From assembly GCA_013265495.1 (NCBI GenBank), contig MU058456.1:372001-436000 (forward strand): a DNA stretch of 64,000 nt, read 5' to 3'. Positions 49,638 to 63,190 of the stretch are shown here, piece after piece. The position numbers and the translations under genes are program-made. The number at the start of each line of letters is the position of its first letter. Positions within the stretch are counted from its first letter, which is position 1. Origin of the DNA: Vicugna vicugna (lineage: Eukaryota). Below the pieces are notes generated by a model. It made no database searches and was not told the origin of the DNA. It saw only the letters and a list, made by a program, of their open reading frames with translations.

Positions 49638-51392
49638 GTAGGAGGCCTTTCAGAGTGTGGTTCTCCCCATCCCCACCCTCTGTGAGCCAGCGGAGGGAGC
49701 ACACGGGGTAAACACATCCCTAAACTATGTCAGTATGTCATAGGTCAGGTATGGGTAACAGACGCTCCTCTTTTTGTAATCCAGCTGAATTTCTTTGTCC
49801 TTCCTCCTCTGCACTCTTCAGCTTCTTCCAAGAACCTCCCTCCCTAGCTTTTGTTAGTCGACAGCTATGTATTGATAACTCCCAGGGGACCCAACGAGGT
49901 ACAAGACGCTGCTTTTAAATTGTTTCACTCACCGTAAATATTACAACAAAAAAAATCTTTTTTCCAACTATAGGACCGACATTTCCCTAGTTCTGTTTTT
50001 GAAATCATCTGTGTGCTCCCTTTTTCCCCCCGTTGACTTTAAACACTTCGCTCTCTCTTAGATGCAGTCTGATTCAGACTTTTTTCTTCTCTCGTTTTCT
50101 TTAGTAGCATTTTGTTTTCTTCTTATTTTCTCCCACCATTCTTTTATTTTTGTCGACTTTATTTTCCCCACGTTGCTGTGTTTTCAGGTCACTCACAACC
50201 TATGACTTGATTGGCTTTTACCTTCTAATCCAGCGCTTTCCTTGCTCTTCCTTGTAAAAAAAAACAAAACAAAAACACTCTCAAGGGCATGTATTCACAT
50301 CTAAAATTACTGCCTTGCTTTTCTGCTAGTGGAAAGTGACGTTATTTTATATCTCTTTTTTAAAAAATCCTAACTAGAAAAGGGAACTTTTGATAAGCCT
50401 TGCTTTGTAAACCTAGCCCATTTTGAAAGCAGTTTTACATATGAAGTCATGATGCAGGGTGGATTACTGGATGAGAAAGTCAGATTTCCTCAAAAGGGAG
50501 AACTGGCGAGGTGGTGAAATGAACTGTCTTCTAGTCTGGGGAAGAGATTGCCCTCGGGCATTTAAGCTGTAGTCGCCCAGGTGCTACATGTCTCTCCCTC
50601 AATTTCTGCTAAGATTTCTGAAAAAAAAAAAAAAAAAAAGAAGAAGAAGAGAAAAGGAACAAGGATATGCTCTAAAAAGAGGAGAGTTAGAATTTGTAGA
50701 AAATTGCTTTAAGAGTACTGTGGAAGAATAAGCGTTTATAGGAATATTGCTTAATCAGAAATAGCCAATGGTGTGTCACTTGAGGCAAGGGGTCCAGGAG
50801 CTTGAGGTTTAATTTTTGGGAAGGTAAAGGGTACATTAATTCTATTTAAACTCAGGATAAACCCAGATTAAATTAAGCAATGATGAACAACAAAGATTAT
50901 GAGAAAGGAGGCTGTAATTGTGTTAAGAGTCTTATATTTCTTTAAGTTAATCCTAATTATATGTCCCATTTAAACAGAGCAATTATGTAGTAATATTAAT
51001 AAGTATTGGTGCTTGTCTGGTTTAATCAAGAGTTTTACTTTCATGTAAAGAAGTATAATTACAGGGGAAAACATACTAATCTTTATTTCTCATTTAATAG
51101 TGCCTATGGGACATCATTTGGGGGGCCAGCAAAGTCATAACCACCACCAACACTATGATGACTGATACTGTTTATAGTTTAAATGCTTATAGTTTAAGTC
51201 CTAGTAATGGAATAGAGTCCTTTAAAGAATGACCTTGAAAACTCAGATTTACAAAAAGATAGCAAATGTTAGGCCAACTTACTTACCTTTCTCCTAACAA
51301 ATAACCATAGTACATATTTTAAATTGTATAATTTGATTACTTACTATGTGTATAACCAATATAATTGGATAAGACTTTTAAAATATTGCCTA

Positions 51393-51519
51393 GGGGAGGG
51401 TATAGCTCAGTGGTAGAGTGTGTGCTTAGCATGTATGAAGTCCTGGGTTCAATCCCCCGTATCGCCATTAAAATAAATAAATAAATAAATAGATAGAGAA
51501 ATAGATAAATAAATAAAAT
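51393..51519 (+). mobile_element. Camelid tRNA-Ala-derived SINE (short form)
   Basis: ggggagggtatagctcagtggtagagtgtgtgcttagcatg...ggttcaatcc followed by a (taaa)n tail. Confidence 0.9.
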
Positions 51520-53254
51520 ACTATCTGATGCATTTTTTTTTGTTGTTCCTGGAAAAATCTTAGTTGTCCTGTTTTCTCCCCATTGTATCAATAGCATTTA
51601 TTGATCAAGAAATGGTGAATAATGCATTCTAGAATAAGGCAATTTTCACTTGCAAGAAGGTTATTAAAGTCCAGAGCAGAGAGAGTAGTCTGAAAGCCAA
51701 AATGTTTTTTGACTTTCAAGATCTCTTAAGCTCTTATGAGCGAATAGGTTTTGGGAGAGATTCTGAAAACTTGGCTTCATGTATGAAATTCTATGCCCTG
51801 AACTGGTATTGTGACAGTAAGAAATAGCAATGTTTTTCCTTTTTGGTATAAATTTAGAGGCGTTATACCATGAACTCTAAAGAAGCACCATGTCCACTGT
51901 GGACCGTGGGTGGTAGAGTAGGGATGACCGAGGGAGATGTCCAGGGTTCCAGGATTCTGGCCACCATAGTGGGGGATCAGGTAAGTAGCTAAGAGGAGGG
52001 CAAGGAGGGAGTAGCTGGCAGCCCTGAGAAAGAACAGGGATGGTTCAGGTTGCATGGATCAACAACCATGGGGTTGTTGGGGCCTCAGATGTCAACAGTG
52101 GATACGATGAAGACAGAAGTTGATGCTTAAAATTTGGAGGAATGAGCTACACCCAAGCAGAGTCTAGCATGCACAGTGGACGCTGATGCAAACCTGATTT
52201 CCTGCCAGGGCCATACCTCAGCACCCCTGGGAACCTGGATAATCTTGGATTTGAGCATGTTCTTAAAAAAAAAAAAAGAAATGTATTTTAAAATAGAAGG
52301 AACTACATTATATGAATGATGGCAAGATTAAACCTGCCATCAGCCAGAATGGGAACCAGAGAATTCCTTTCAGTTAACACAAAAAAGTTTTCAACTTACA
52401 CATCTGCGTCTTGTAACTGTGAAATTCAAATTTGCAACATAAACAAGTCCCATCCACAAAGAAGCTGAAACTTCAGAGTGACCTTGATACCTGAAAAGGT
52501 TTTCAAACAGCAGCCCTAGACCACAATTAAATAGATGTCAGAGACATTCGGATTGTCTACATGAACAAGTATGCTCTTCAGACCTGATTTGTCTGGCCCT
52601 TGCAGCACTTGGCATAATTGACCGCCCCCAGCTCCTTGAAACACCCGTTGGCCTTGATTTGGGGAACTCACAGACTTTAGTTCCCTTGCTTTTTCTCTGG
52701 ACCTTCTTTTCCTTTGAAGGACCCTTTTCCTTTGCTGTAGGATTCTTGCTGAGATTCTCTGCCCTTCTCACCCGCTTTCCGGGAAATCTCGGTCATGACC
52801 ATGGCTTTCACGGTCGTCAAGTGCTGGTGACTCCCTCCCGTATCTAAATCTCCAGCCCAATTCTCTCTCCAGAACATGCACTCAGTTATCTCCAGGAGCA
52901 TTCTGCATCGATATCCCATGGCCTATAAAAAATCTATATTTTCAAACTCATCTCTCTGTGGCACACGGCCTGGCACAAAATCGGGCCTCAATATTTATCA
53001 TAGACACAATGTATTATAATTACCTGTTTTCTCATCTGTCTCCACCAGACTATAAATATCTCTGAGCAGGAATTAGTGTCTTCCTCAAAATCTGTTGCTT
53101 CCCCAGCATCCCACACAGGGCCTGTGACTTAGTAGATGCCTCGCTTAGTACTTCCAGAATAAATGAAAATAGAGAATAATTGCTTTGGAATTTAAAAGGG
53201 AGATGACTCAAGGATTGAAAGGTCAGGAAGAGAATTTGTGAGGATGTTTAATTA

Positions 53255-53760
53255 CTATTGTGGCATAACACATTACCCCCAAAACTTAATGGCTTAAAAT
53301 AACCATTTGTTTTGCTCCTGATTTGGGGGCCAGAAATTTGGGCAGGGCTTGGGGGAACAATTCTCTCCTAGGATGTTGACTGGGGCAGTTGTCTGAAGGC
53401 TGTGTGGGCTGAACACCCAAGATGTCTTTCCTTAAAGGACAGTTATGCTAGAGCTCGGCTGGGCTGTCAACCGGAATTTATAGATGTGGTCTCTTCATCA
53501 TGGTAGTCTTAAAGTACTTGGTTTTCTTGCTTGGTTCCCGGCTGCCCCCAGGACAAAAATTCTAAGACAAGCAGGTGGAAGGTACATGGCCATTTCTGGC
53601 AGAACCTTGGAAGTTATTCAGCATCCCCTTCTGTGATAGTCCACTGGTTAAAAGAGAATCCCTAAAGGTCAACCCAGATTTGAGGATAGGAGACCTAGAG
53701 CCTACTTCTCAGTGGGAGAAGTGTCAAAGACTTGGAGGACATGTTTTAAAATTGCCATCA
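53255..53760. mobile_element. Old MLT1 solo LTR
   Basis: gcataacacattacccccaaaacttaatggcttaaaataaccattt...gaaatttgggcagggcttgg. Confidence 0.7.
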
Positions 53761-55991
53761 AGGGGAGTGGATTTTAGTCGAGTTTTGGCAAATATATAGA
53801 TTTTGAGTAGTTGTTGGACTTAAATGGATGGGAAGAAGGGCTAAATAGGCTTCTAGGTGCATTGAAACTTCTGGGGGAGAAGACTGGAACAGAGCCTGAG
53901 TCACAAACAATGAATAATCCAGTTTGGCATGAGTATAAGGTCTGTAGAGTGAGACTTGGAAGGTGAACCTGGAAAGATATGGGGCCTTGCATACTAGGCT
54001 AAGAATGTTGGCCTTTATCTTATTGATTTGCAAGAGAGTGGCATGATCAAAGCAGTGTTTCTGGAAGATTAATCTGGCATGGAGATACAAGGGAAATTGG
54101 AAGGGCTGGACTCTAAGCTAGGAAATCATTTAGAGGGTGGTTGCTGTAATCTTATTGGTGACACAGACTGAGTCAGGGAAGCAGAATTTAACATGGGAAA
54201 GCTGGGGAGAATGGGAGAGTTACATGAGGAAAACTCAACAGGCTTGATGATGGACTAGCTATGGAGGGAATCCTAAGAGCTGGAGCATCATCTACTTCCC
54301 ATGAAGGCGAAACAGTGTGGCTTAGCCTTCCTGTGCCAGTGGTGATCTGAAGAATTCTTTACCTCTTGCTCATGCATTGGGCATCTAATTGAGTAACTAC
54401 AACTAACCTCCATCCAGGCAATATAATATGTAATACTGTGGTTTGAAATTATGAGCTACAGTAGTTGAAGAAAACATCAAGGAGAAGATGTTTTCAAAAT
54501 TTCTCCTTTGTCTCTCTTCCCTGCCACCTGATCCGTAAATATCGTGTGTTGAATTCTTATGTTGGATACTACCATAATTGTTAGTTTATTCATATTTTTT
54601 CTTTACAAAAGCCAATCAGCAACAGTAACAGCAAGAGCAACAACCACCAACAATTGAACTTCATACTACCTGACATTTTACCCTATGTGAGAAGAGGCCA
54701 TATTTCTGTTGGTATGAACAGGGTGAGCTCTGGAAATCACTCAATGTTTTTATTTATGGCCTGTTCCACGGCTTTGAAACTAAGTTTACATCTGGTATTA
54801 GTAGATATTCATTACCTTTCTAAGATGCCATTTAAAAAACTGATTGCTTCGGGGACTAGATGGCAAAGAAGGGGACGTTTCACACTCATATGGTTGACCC
54901 TGTTCGTAAAATGCTACATTTAGACATGCTCCTGTATTTATGGGATATACTGCTACTTGTCTAAGTGGGCCAGGCTAACTCTCCTGGGCTTCTTTGCATC
55001 TTTCTGCTTGGAAACAATTATTACCTTGTTTCTAGCATAAAGCTTTTGTGTTCTGCTAGAAAATGTGTATGTTGACAGCAAGACATAAATAATGAACCAT
55101 CTAAAGCAACATTCCAGCTAGCTAACACAATTTGAGAGGCTTATTTATATTGGAAAAAAATTTTAAACACAACAAATGGAAAGAGAGGAAGAAGCAACCC
55201 ACTAGAAATGAAAAACTGAGAAATAAGCAAATCGTTCTTCACAAAGAACTTCCCACACTGGATGCCTGTGAGGCTCGAAAATCATTCAGTCCTGGAAGTT
55301 GTAAGCCAAGTCTTCTCTTTTCCTTTTCCCCAAAGAAGTCATAACAGGTATATATATAGATCTGTAATGCCTTTCTGTTGGGGAGATGAAAGTACTTTCC
55401 AAACACTCTCATAACATCATGGTGGAGGAAATGATGGCAGGTTTTCTATTATTCCCATCACACAGGTGGTGGAGGCCCTGATAAATGGAATTGGTGACAA
55501 AGCCACAAATAGATGCTAGGTCCTCTGATGAACAGCTTGGACTTCAGCACTTAAATGAAAAATATGTTCCTGCTTTGTTCAGCCCTTTCTCATCTTGTAG
55601 AGAAAAACTTTCTCATCGGTTTTCGCCCTTGCTCACTCCTATGCAGACACGTATTTTTGCCCCCAAGAGATAGGGTGCTTGGATCACATTTTAAGTTTAA
55701 ATGTTATATTACAAAATGACATCACAATAAATAAGTGCTAAGCTCAAAAGTGAAAAAAAGAACTAGTTGGAGCGTACCCCACCCTCAACAATAGCTTTAT
55801 GATCATAAACAGAGAGACTACATCTTTGGGTTGTGCAGTGGTTCATTACTGTTTGAGGGTCATATGCCCTTCTGCCCCTAAAAGGTATAGATGACACCAC
55901 CCCCCAGAAAGATGCACGTCCACAATTACAAGGGCTCCTGAAGCCAATACCACCTTCAGCGGGTTCATGAGTGCCCTAGGTCAGAACCAGT

Positions 55992-56466
55992 ATAGAGCTT
56001 CCTTGAGCTCCCATGGGGTGAAGTCCTGATAAACCTATCATAAATTAAAAATAATCCCAAATCATAAATGTATTGAATACACCTAACCTACTGAACATCA
56101 GAGCTTAGCCTAGCCTACCTTAAACGTTCCCCAGGCACATTAGCCTACAGTTGGGCAGAGTCATCTAACACAAAGCCTGTTTTATGATGAAGTGTTGGAT
56201 TTCTCCTGTAACATAGTGACTCTTGTACTGCAAATGGAGAACAGAAAGGTTGTTCAGGTGCAGGATGGTTGTATGGGTGTTGGTTGTTTCCCCTGTGACT
56301 GCATGGCTGACTGGGAGGTGCTCAGGATCACAAGAGAGTTCAGCTCGGGAAAAGATCAAAATCAAAAACTCGAAGTATGGTTTCTACTGAATGAGTATTG
56401 CTTTTCATCCATCGTAAAAGTGAAAAATTGCTAAGTTGAACCATCCTAAATCAGGGACCGTCTGTA
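55992..56466. mobile_element. MER47/Tigger5-family TcMar DNA transposon
   Basis: aatacacctaacctactgaacatcagagcttagcctagcctaccttaaacgt...gtttctactgaatg...gggaccgtctgta. Confidence 0.8.
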
Positions 56467-56869
56467 TTAGAAAGAGCATAACTCAAGAGAGAGTGATCTT
56501 GATTAAATCCTAGCCCCACTCTGCTGAGTGACTTTGAGAAAAATTAACCTCTCCGTATTGATTTCTTTCTTTGTAAAAGGGGTACTGTCCCCTTGAATTG
56601 GGTTACTGAGGAGATTAAACACATAATGCATATAAGGCATCTGGCACAGTGTCTGGCACGTGGAAGGTGCTCAGTACATGATCATTCCATTCCCTTATCC
56701 GATACTTAGCAGGGAAATGACTGAAGTTTGGAGCCAGCATCCTGAAGCTGATGCTCTGGCCCACTTGTACATGATGGCTGAAAACATTACACCAGGGGGC
56801 AGATTAGTACAATTAATCAAGGGCTAGACCCTTTTAAAGCCTAAATCATTCTGGTTTACCCTGTTAGCC

Positions 56870-57312
56870 AAATCTTTTGACACTCTTTCTACATTATGAT
56901 GGTTCCCCATGGTGTGAGTCCCATCTTCCCAGGATAGGATGCAAAGCCCTACATTTCTCAGTTTAATTTGCCTCCAGGGAGCATCATGTGACTTCACATT
57001 CTGCTAATCAAATGCATATACAGAGATGTGGATACAGAAGTGATTTATGTGAGGAAGCCGGTGGGGTGCAGGGCATCTATTTTGCAGGCACAGATGGTGG
57101 GAGAGGTGGTGTGGTTCTCGCATCATCAGGAGTGGCAATTTCCTCCCTACCCATTTCTGCATTGAGGTTTGGGGGATTGTTTCTGGAAGTTCACTCCACA
57201 GCCTGTTTCTTCAGTTCTTCCAAAGACTCAGTGAGCATTCTAATATCTTTTAATAAATCACTTCCTACTTAAACAAGAGAGAATTGATTCTGTGGTTGGC
57301 AGCTAAGACCTC
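56870..57312. mobile_element. LTR16-like ERVL solo LTR
   Basis: ctacatttctcag...catgtgact...ttttaataaatcacttcctacttaaac...gattctgtggttggcagctaagac. Confidence 0.55.
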
Positions 57313-58944
57313 TGACTTTTGTAATGCTGAAACACCCCCATCATCTAATTTCATCTTCTTCCTTGCCACAAAGATTCCCTTGCATTAATTTTGCAACATG
57401 GCTAACTATAATAAAGGATCCTAATATTCTTATATAAGAAAGGAGTTTCCATAAGAATGAGGCTTTCTATAAAAATGGGCACAGACTCTTCCCACCCTGT
57501 AGCGTCTGAGTAGTGTCCTTGGGCTGCTGGCAGGAAGGTTCTTGTAGCTTACAATAGCCTCTCCCGCCTTGCCGACAGGCTGGACCAGTAGATGGTCTTA
57601 AACACTCCTCCGTTGTTCTTTCCATCCTATTCACATCACAAGCAGGCAGTTCTTATTAGTTTGGTTGTTTCAGGAGGGCAAATAGTTGGGGAGGAACTTC
57701 GGTCAACAGGACAGTAATAGTGATAGTTTGAGCTGCAGATTTTTATGCACTTACTCATTTTATTAAAATGAGTGACTCTTTGGGAATGAGGCCACATTAT
57801 TCTAGAAACAGATTTTTTTTCCCCTCATGGATTTTTTTTGGTTTTTAATCAACCTATACAAATCTTGGACTGAGAAAACTTTAGATAAACATAGAGTTTT
57901 AATAAAGCTGGTTTAAAGTCTTATGGTGGCAATAGTTTTATCCATTCACTCAATAACTATTTATCATGAACTACTGTATGACAGACGTTGTGGTAGATGT
58001 CAGCACAAATAAGGTGCTCCATAAATAAGATCTGGTTTGCTTTTGCCTTCAAGACTCTCATAGCGTAGTAGAAAGCCAGTTCCAACATAGTATATGCCAA
58101 GATCTGTTTCTGCCATAACTTGAAGTAACTTTTTTCCTGTCAAAGCACTCTTTTTTTTCTCAAGTAATTTAACCTGCAATAAGAGAAATCCCTTCCTTTC
58201 ACCTGAAATATTAGCAGTTTCCTAAATTTTGACCCTTATTGAGGTCAGGAATATATCTTTAAGGTTAGTATCGCTAATCACTTTTGTATGGCATTCGGAT
58301 TTCTTCTCACCTGGATTAAGTGACCAGTGGATTCAGTTCAGCACACCTGTATTTCTTGGAGTTTCTTGGTGTCAAGTAATAGCTGATTTTAGCTAATTCA
58401 GTCAGAAGGAGGTGTTACTGGTAGCTCAGAGAATCAAAGGAAAAGCCAGAGACTGAGACTTGGAAAAGTACAAGGCTGGCAACTCCAGACCTAGGTAATG
58501 GGAGCTAACTGATAGCTTTGTCCAGACATTACTGTCCTTGTGTTACTCGTCTCAAGATTCAGAATCCAAGGATAGTCCACTCCTGGAATGACAAGACCAT
58601 CAAAAGGAAATAGGCAATTCTTCACAAGTCAATTGGGATGCTCTTATCAAAAGGATATAGGCAGACAGATACCATACATGTCTACCATGATGTTTATGCT
58701 CCAAGTATATTATCCCCACGGCACTCACCATGGACCTTTCCCTGGGTGTAGTGTTAATGTTGTTACTTACAGTGATGCCCCCTGTCCCAGGCACCCCAAG
58801 CTAGTCCACTTGATGAGGGCAAGAAGGGAGACATTATTTTCCCCGATTAAGGAGAAATGAGAAGTGGAGAGGGTGGCCCATTGAAGTTGGAATAGTAGTT
58901 GTCAACTTTGGCTACTATTTTATTCACCTAGGGATTTTTGCTTT

Positions 58945-60020
58945 TTAACATTTTATTTTTAACTAATTTTGGATTTGCAGAAAAGTTGCAAAAATAGTAC
59001 CAAGAGTTCCTTAGTACCCCATACCCTCCTTCCCCTAATGATAAGATCTTATATAACCATAGTATAATTGTCCAAAAGGGGCATTAACATTGACATATTA
59101 TTAACCAAACTACTGACTTGAGTCAAATTTCACCACTTTTTTCTCACTGATGTCCTTTTTTTGGTTCCAGGGTCCTACCAGGAGCCCACATTTTATTTAC
59201 TTGTTACCTGTTAGTTTCTGTAATGTTCCCCATGCTTTATTTAGCTTTCATCACCTAGATATGTTTGAAGAGTCCTGATCAGTAATTCTGAACAATGACC
59301 TTCAATTTGGGTTTGTCCTGTTTTCTTATGACTGGAGTTAGGTTACGCATTTTTTTGTCAAGAATGTCACAGAAATGCAACATTGTAAATCAACTAGACT
59401 TCAATATAAAAAAAAGAATGCCACAAAAATAATGACGTGCATCGTAGCAAGGGGTTCAGGGTGTTCTGTGTCTTATCACCAGTGATATTTGTATGGTAAG
59501 GCTGGTGTCTGCTCAGTTTCTATACTGTAAAGTGACTGTCTTTCACTTTATATTGGTAGGTTTTGCATTGGCAAGTATCGTGGGAGAAGTACTTCTAGTC
59601 CATGCAAATCCTTTTTCTCCTCAAACTGTTGCCTGCTAATTTGAGCATACATTTTTGAATCTTATCTGCAACAGTTATTCTTGTGGTATTTGCCTGATGG
59701 TGATTCTTACCTCCCTCTTTTCTTTTTGCACCTGTTAATTGGAATTCTATTTGAATTCTTCTCCATTTACTTTTTTATTTCATTATTTATATGATTCACG
59801 AATATTTATCTTATTCAATGGCTTAAATCCAACAGTATCATAAATTATTGTATTACTCAGATTATACTAGCTTTGGCCATTAGGAACTCCTTTAGGCTGT
59901 TACCTGTGTTCTACTGACAAGGTCCTATCTTTTCTGGAGCAATTACTTAATTTGTGGCACCATGAGTTGTTCCAGGTTTATCCTGTATTTCCCCATCTTG
60001 GCCCTACAATCAATCACTTT
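58945..60020 (-). mobile_element. Old L1MC-like 3' end
   Basis: atttgcagaaaagttgcaaaaatagtac...gagttcc...tataaccatagtataattgtc motif. Confidence 0.7.
59377..59413 (+). mobile_element. Minimal L1 3'-terminal insertion with 17-bp TSD
   Basis: acattgtaaatcaactagacttcaat plus A-tail, flanked by aagaatgtcacagaaat and aagaatgccacaaaaat. Confidence 0.7.
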
Positions 60021-62944
60021 TCACTTAATGAACTTGTTAAATCTTGGTGTCCAGACCACAACCCAAACCAGTTAAATCAGAAGATCTTGAGGGTGGGACC
60101 AAGAGGTCATTAATTTTTAAATTTCCACTGGTGATTCTAATATATAGCCAAGTGTGAGAACCACTCTAGAGCACTGCTTTTCTGACTTTAATTGGCTATG
60201 AAATCCCTAGGAATCTTGTTAAGATGCTGACAGGATAGCTCTGCGGCGGGGACTGAGACTCTGCCCTTAACAAGTTCCTTGGACGGCGTATTGGCAACCA
60301 CACTTTGAGGGAAAAGGGACTAGAAGACACTGTTTCCTCGAGTACAAAGATCCTTAAAAACCACCCCTAGGGTTGCAAACTGGCTTATGATTGTGGAAAG
60401 GGTCACTGCTTGCTAGGTTACTATTGAACATCATTTTATTTTCTAATTAGTCGAGGTTCATGGTGGAAGGAACAACTTGCCATGCTGTGTAGACAGAGTG
60501 AAAGCGGTTGCTCTACAAATTGAAAATAGAACCATTTGACTCTGAAAGCAAACTGCTACAAGGGATAAAAATGAGTAAATGTGTTTGCTTGTCTTCTAGT
60601 TCCTAAACAGGTGAAGAGTCCTGAATAAATCTTTTTGAAAAATGAAGAGTGATAATAAAAGAAAATTTCATGCTGAAAGCATAACAAAAGCATCCCAGAT
60701 GTGAACATCCATCTTATCCACCTTGGAAAGACAAGTGCAAAAGCCTGGAGTCTTCTGTGGGAAATAGGTCACCATTTTGAATTTTGTTTAAACAGAATCC
60801 TCGAGGGAACATTATCCTGAGTTCTTTTTGTGGATTAGCTCAGTTTTTCCATCTGTTTTCAGAACATGCATATTCTGTCCAGCTGCTAAGCTGCCTTGGT
60901 GTCCCCAAGGTAATTGTTCTCCAAGAACAAAGAGGTCCAAAGAGACGCAGACTGCAATCAGTCAAGCTCATTCTAGACACCTTCTACAGAGCCATGCACA
61001 TTTGCCTCACAAAATGGCTCTTTGATCTTCAAATGAGGATTCTTTTTGGTGATCCTCAAGCTTTAATATACTTGATACATGCGTGAGTGTGTTCCGTAAA
61101 AAAAAAAAAAAAATGCATATTCCCAGACCTTTGGGTGGATCCTGAGAACAAGCTGCCTGCTCCCCTGCCTGGATCCTGGCGATGTGACGCAAGTGCTCCA
61201 CAGACAGCACATGGAGAAACATTGAACAATGAGCTCAGATCAGCAGCCTCCTCTCGTTTGGTCCATTGCAGGCTTATTTTAATTTGCTAACATAATTTAG
61301 TTTCCCATCCTTCTCAACCTCTAGGTCAGAGACTCCACTAGAGGCAAACCATGTTATTACTCTTCCTCCCTGTCCCTTTCAACCATCACTTAAAACCTTC
61401 TTCTACTTACCTTCTGAAACCTTGTATCATAACCTTTCCTTTCCTAGACCTCAAATCACAAACAAAAGCTTGAGATGCTGTGAAGGCTTTATCTCCCAGC
61501 TGGCTGGTCAGAAACCGCCATGTTCTGTATCATGTTACACCCTCTGCTATAAATCAAAAACCCCAATGTAGGCCACCTCAATGGCCACATTTTTATCTAT
61601 GTTTAATTTGTCTCAAAATTGTGCTTTATTAGTCATGGGGCAGCAGGCAAATCTATCATTAAAAATGAAAATTTAAAAACCTACCAAAGGTGAATAATAT
61701 CATCATCTTTAATCCAAAGATCTTATCATATAATTCAAAGATCATATGATATAATATCTAGGATTTTGGGGGCTATTGAAGTTATATATGTAAAATTTAC
61801 ATATTTGTAATTTTGCAAAAATATTCATTCTGAATTGATAATGTTCTAGTTTTAAGTATGTAAGAAAGATGGACAATTGATTTGAAGTTTATTAAGTGCT
61901 AACCCTAATTCTTGGGAGAAAGATCATGACACTGGGAACAGATGAAAGGTGTGATGACTTGCCCTTGAAAATCCTCCATCTCAGAGACAGAGCTTGACAC
62001 TGACATTCGCACTTGGCCCTTCCCATAAGGTGGGGACTGGCAGAAACAATAGAGACTCCCAGAGGCAATGCCTAACATGACTTAGGAGAACAATGCAGAA
62101 AATTGAGGCAAGTGTCCAGTCACAATACAATAAACATTTGGTGTCCAGGGGTGTTGTCCCTGAACCAAACACTTGAGAGCATGCCCAGCAGATGTGTGGA
62201 CCCCGATTACCTTGGAGTCGGCTGACCTTGTCCTTTCTAGTCTATCGGCTAATCTGGTTCTGTCACGTGAAGCTTGGCAACACTATTGGCTTCCAAGGAA
62301 TTATGACTAAGTCGTTTTTATTTTTCTGGCTCTTGCCTACAGTGACACTGCAGGAAAAAAGCTACGCTTTTATACTCATCTCTAGTCCCAAAGTCTCCAA
62401 CATTAGGGACATTTATTGGACATTCTCTTGGAGGGGTGTTTTTCTGGCCATTGAGAACGGTGTTTATAGTTTAATAAAATGAGAAGGTGAACTGTAGGAT
62501 TTAAATCAAGTTTGATTGGCCATACCCCAGCATTTGTCCATAGGTCTAACTAGGGTACCTTTAGGGAACTGTCCTGACCTTTTGATCATCTTCTATTTAT
62601 AGAGTTTGCACAGTTCTGGTCTGGAAACTCTTAGCCTGAACCATAGTCATATTTCCCTCATGGGTCAGCTGTGGAGATGATTAAGCACACTGCTTTCAAC
62701 TGCAGGTGTCTAAGTGGAGTGTGAAGTCCATTTAGCTGATCATCCACTTGGCATTTTTATTTTCAATAAAATATAACATTAAAAAATTCCAGTGCTTACA
62801 GGAAGGGTATTGTTTCATGAAACCTCATTTGTATTTGTAGGTGTGTACGTGTATCATGAGTTGCAATGTAAGATATACTTTTTATTTGAGGTTAAAGTTT
62901 TAAAAGTTCAGGAAATGCTGATCTAGTACTTGACTTTGATCTGC

Positions 62945-63190
62945 AGGGGTTAAGAGCCTGAATGCTGGGGCCAAACTGTTCAAGTATGAATCCTGGCTCC
63001 ATCACTTACTAGCTGTGTGACTTAGGGGAAATTACTTAACTTCTCTGTGCCATAGTCTTCACACCTTTCACATATATAATATGAGAGTAATAATAGTGTC
63101 TATCTCATACCACTGACATCGGAATTGAGAAAATTAAAATTTGTGAAATACTTAAAACCTTGACTGAAACATACTAAGTGCCTCATAAAG
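62945..63190. mobile_element. MIR (others at ~1415-1600, 16640-16800, 27690-27850, 38090-38230, 56480-56690, 63355-63530)
   Basis: gaatcctggctccatcacttactagctgtgtgacttaggggaaattacttaacttctctgtgcc core. Confidence 0.75.
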
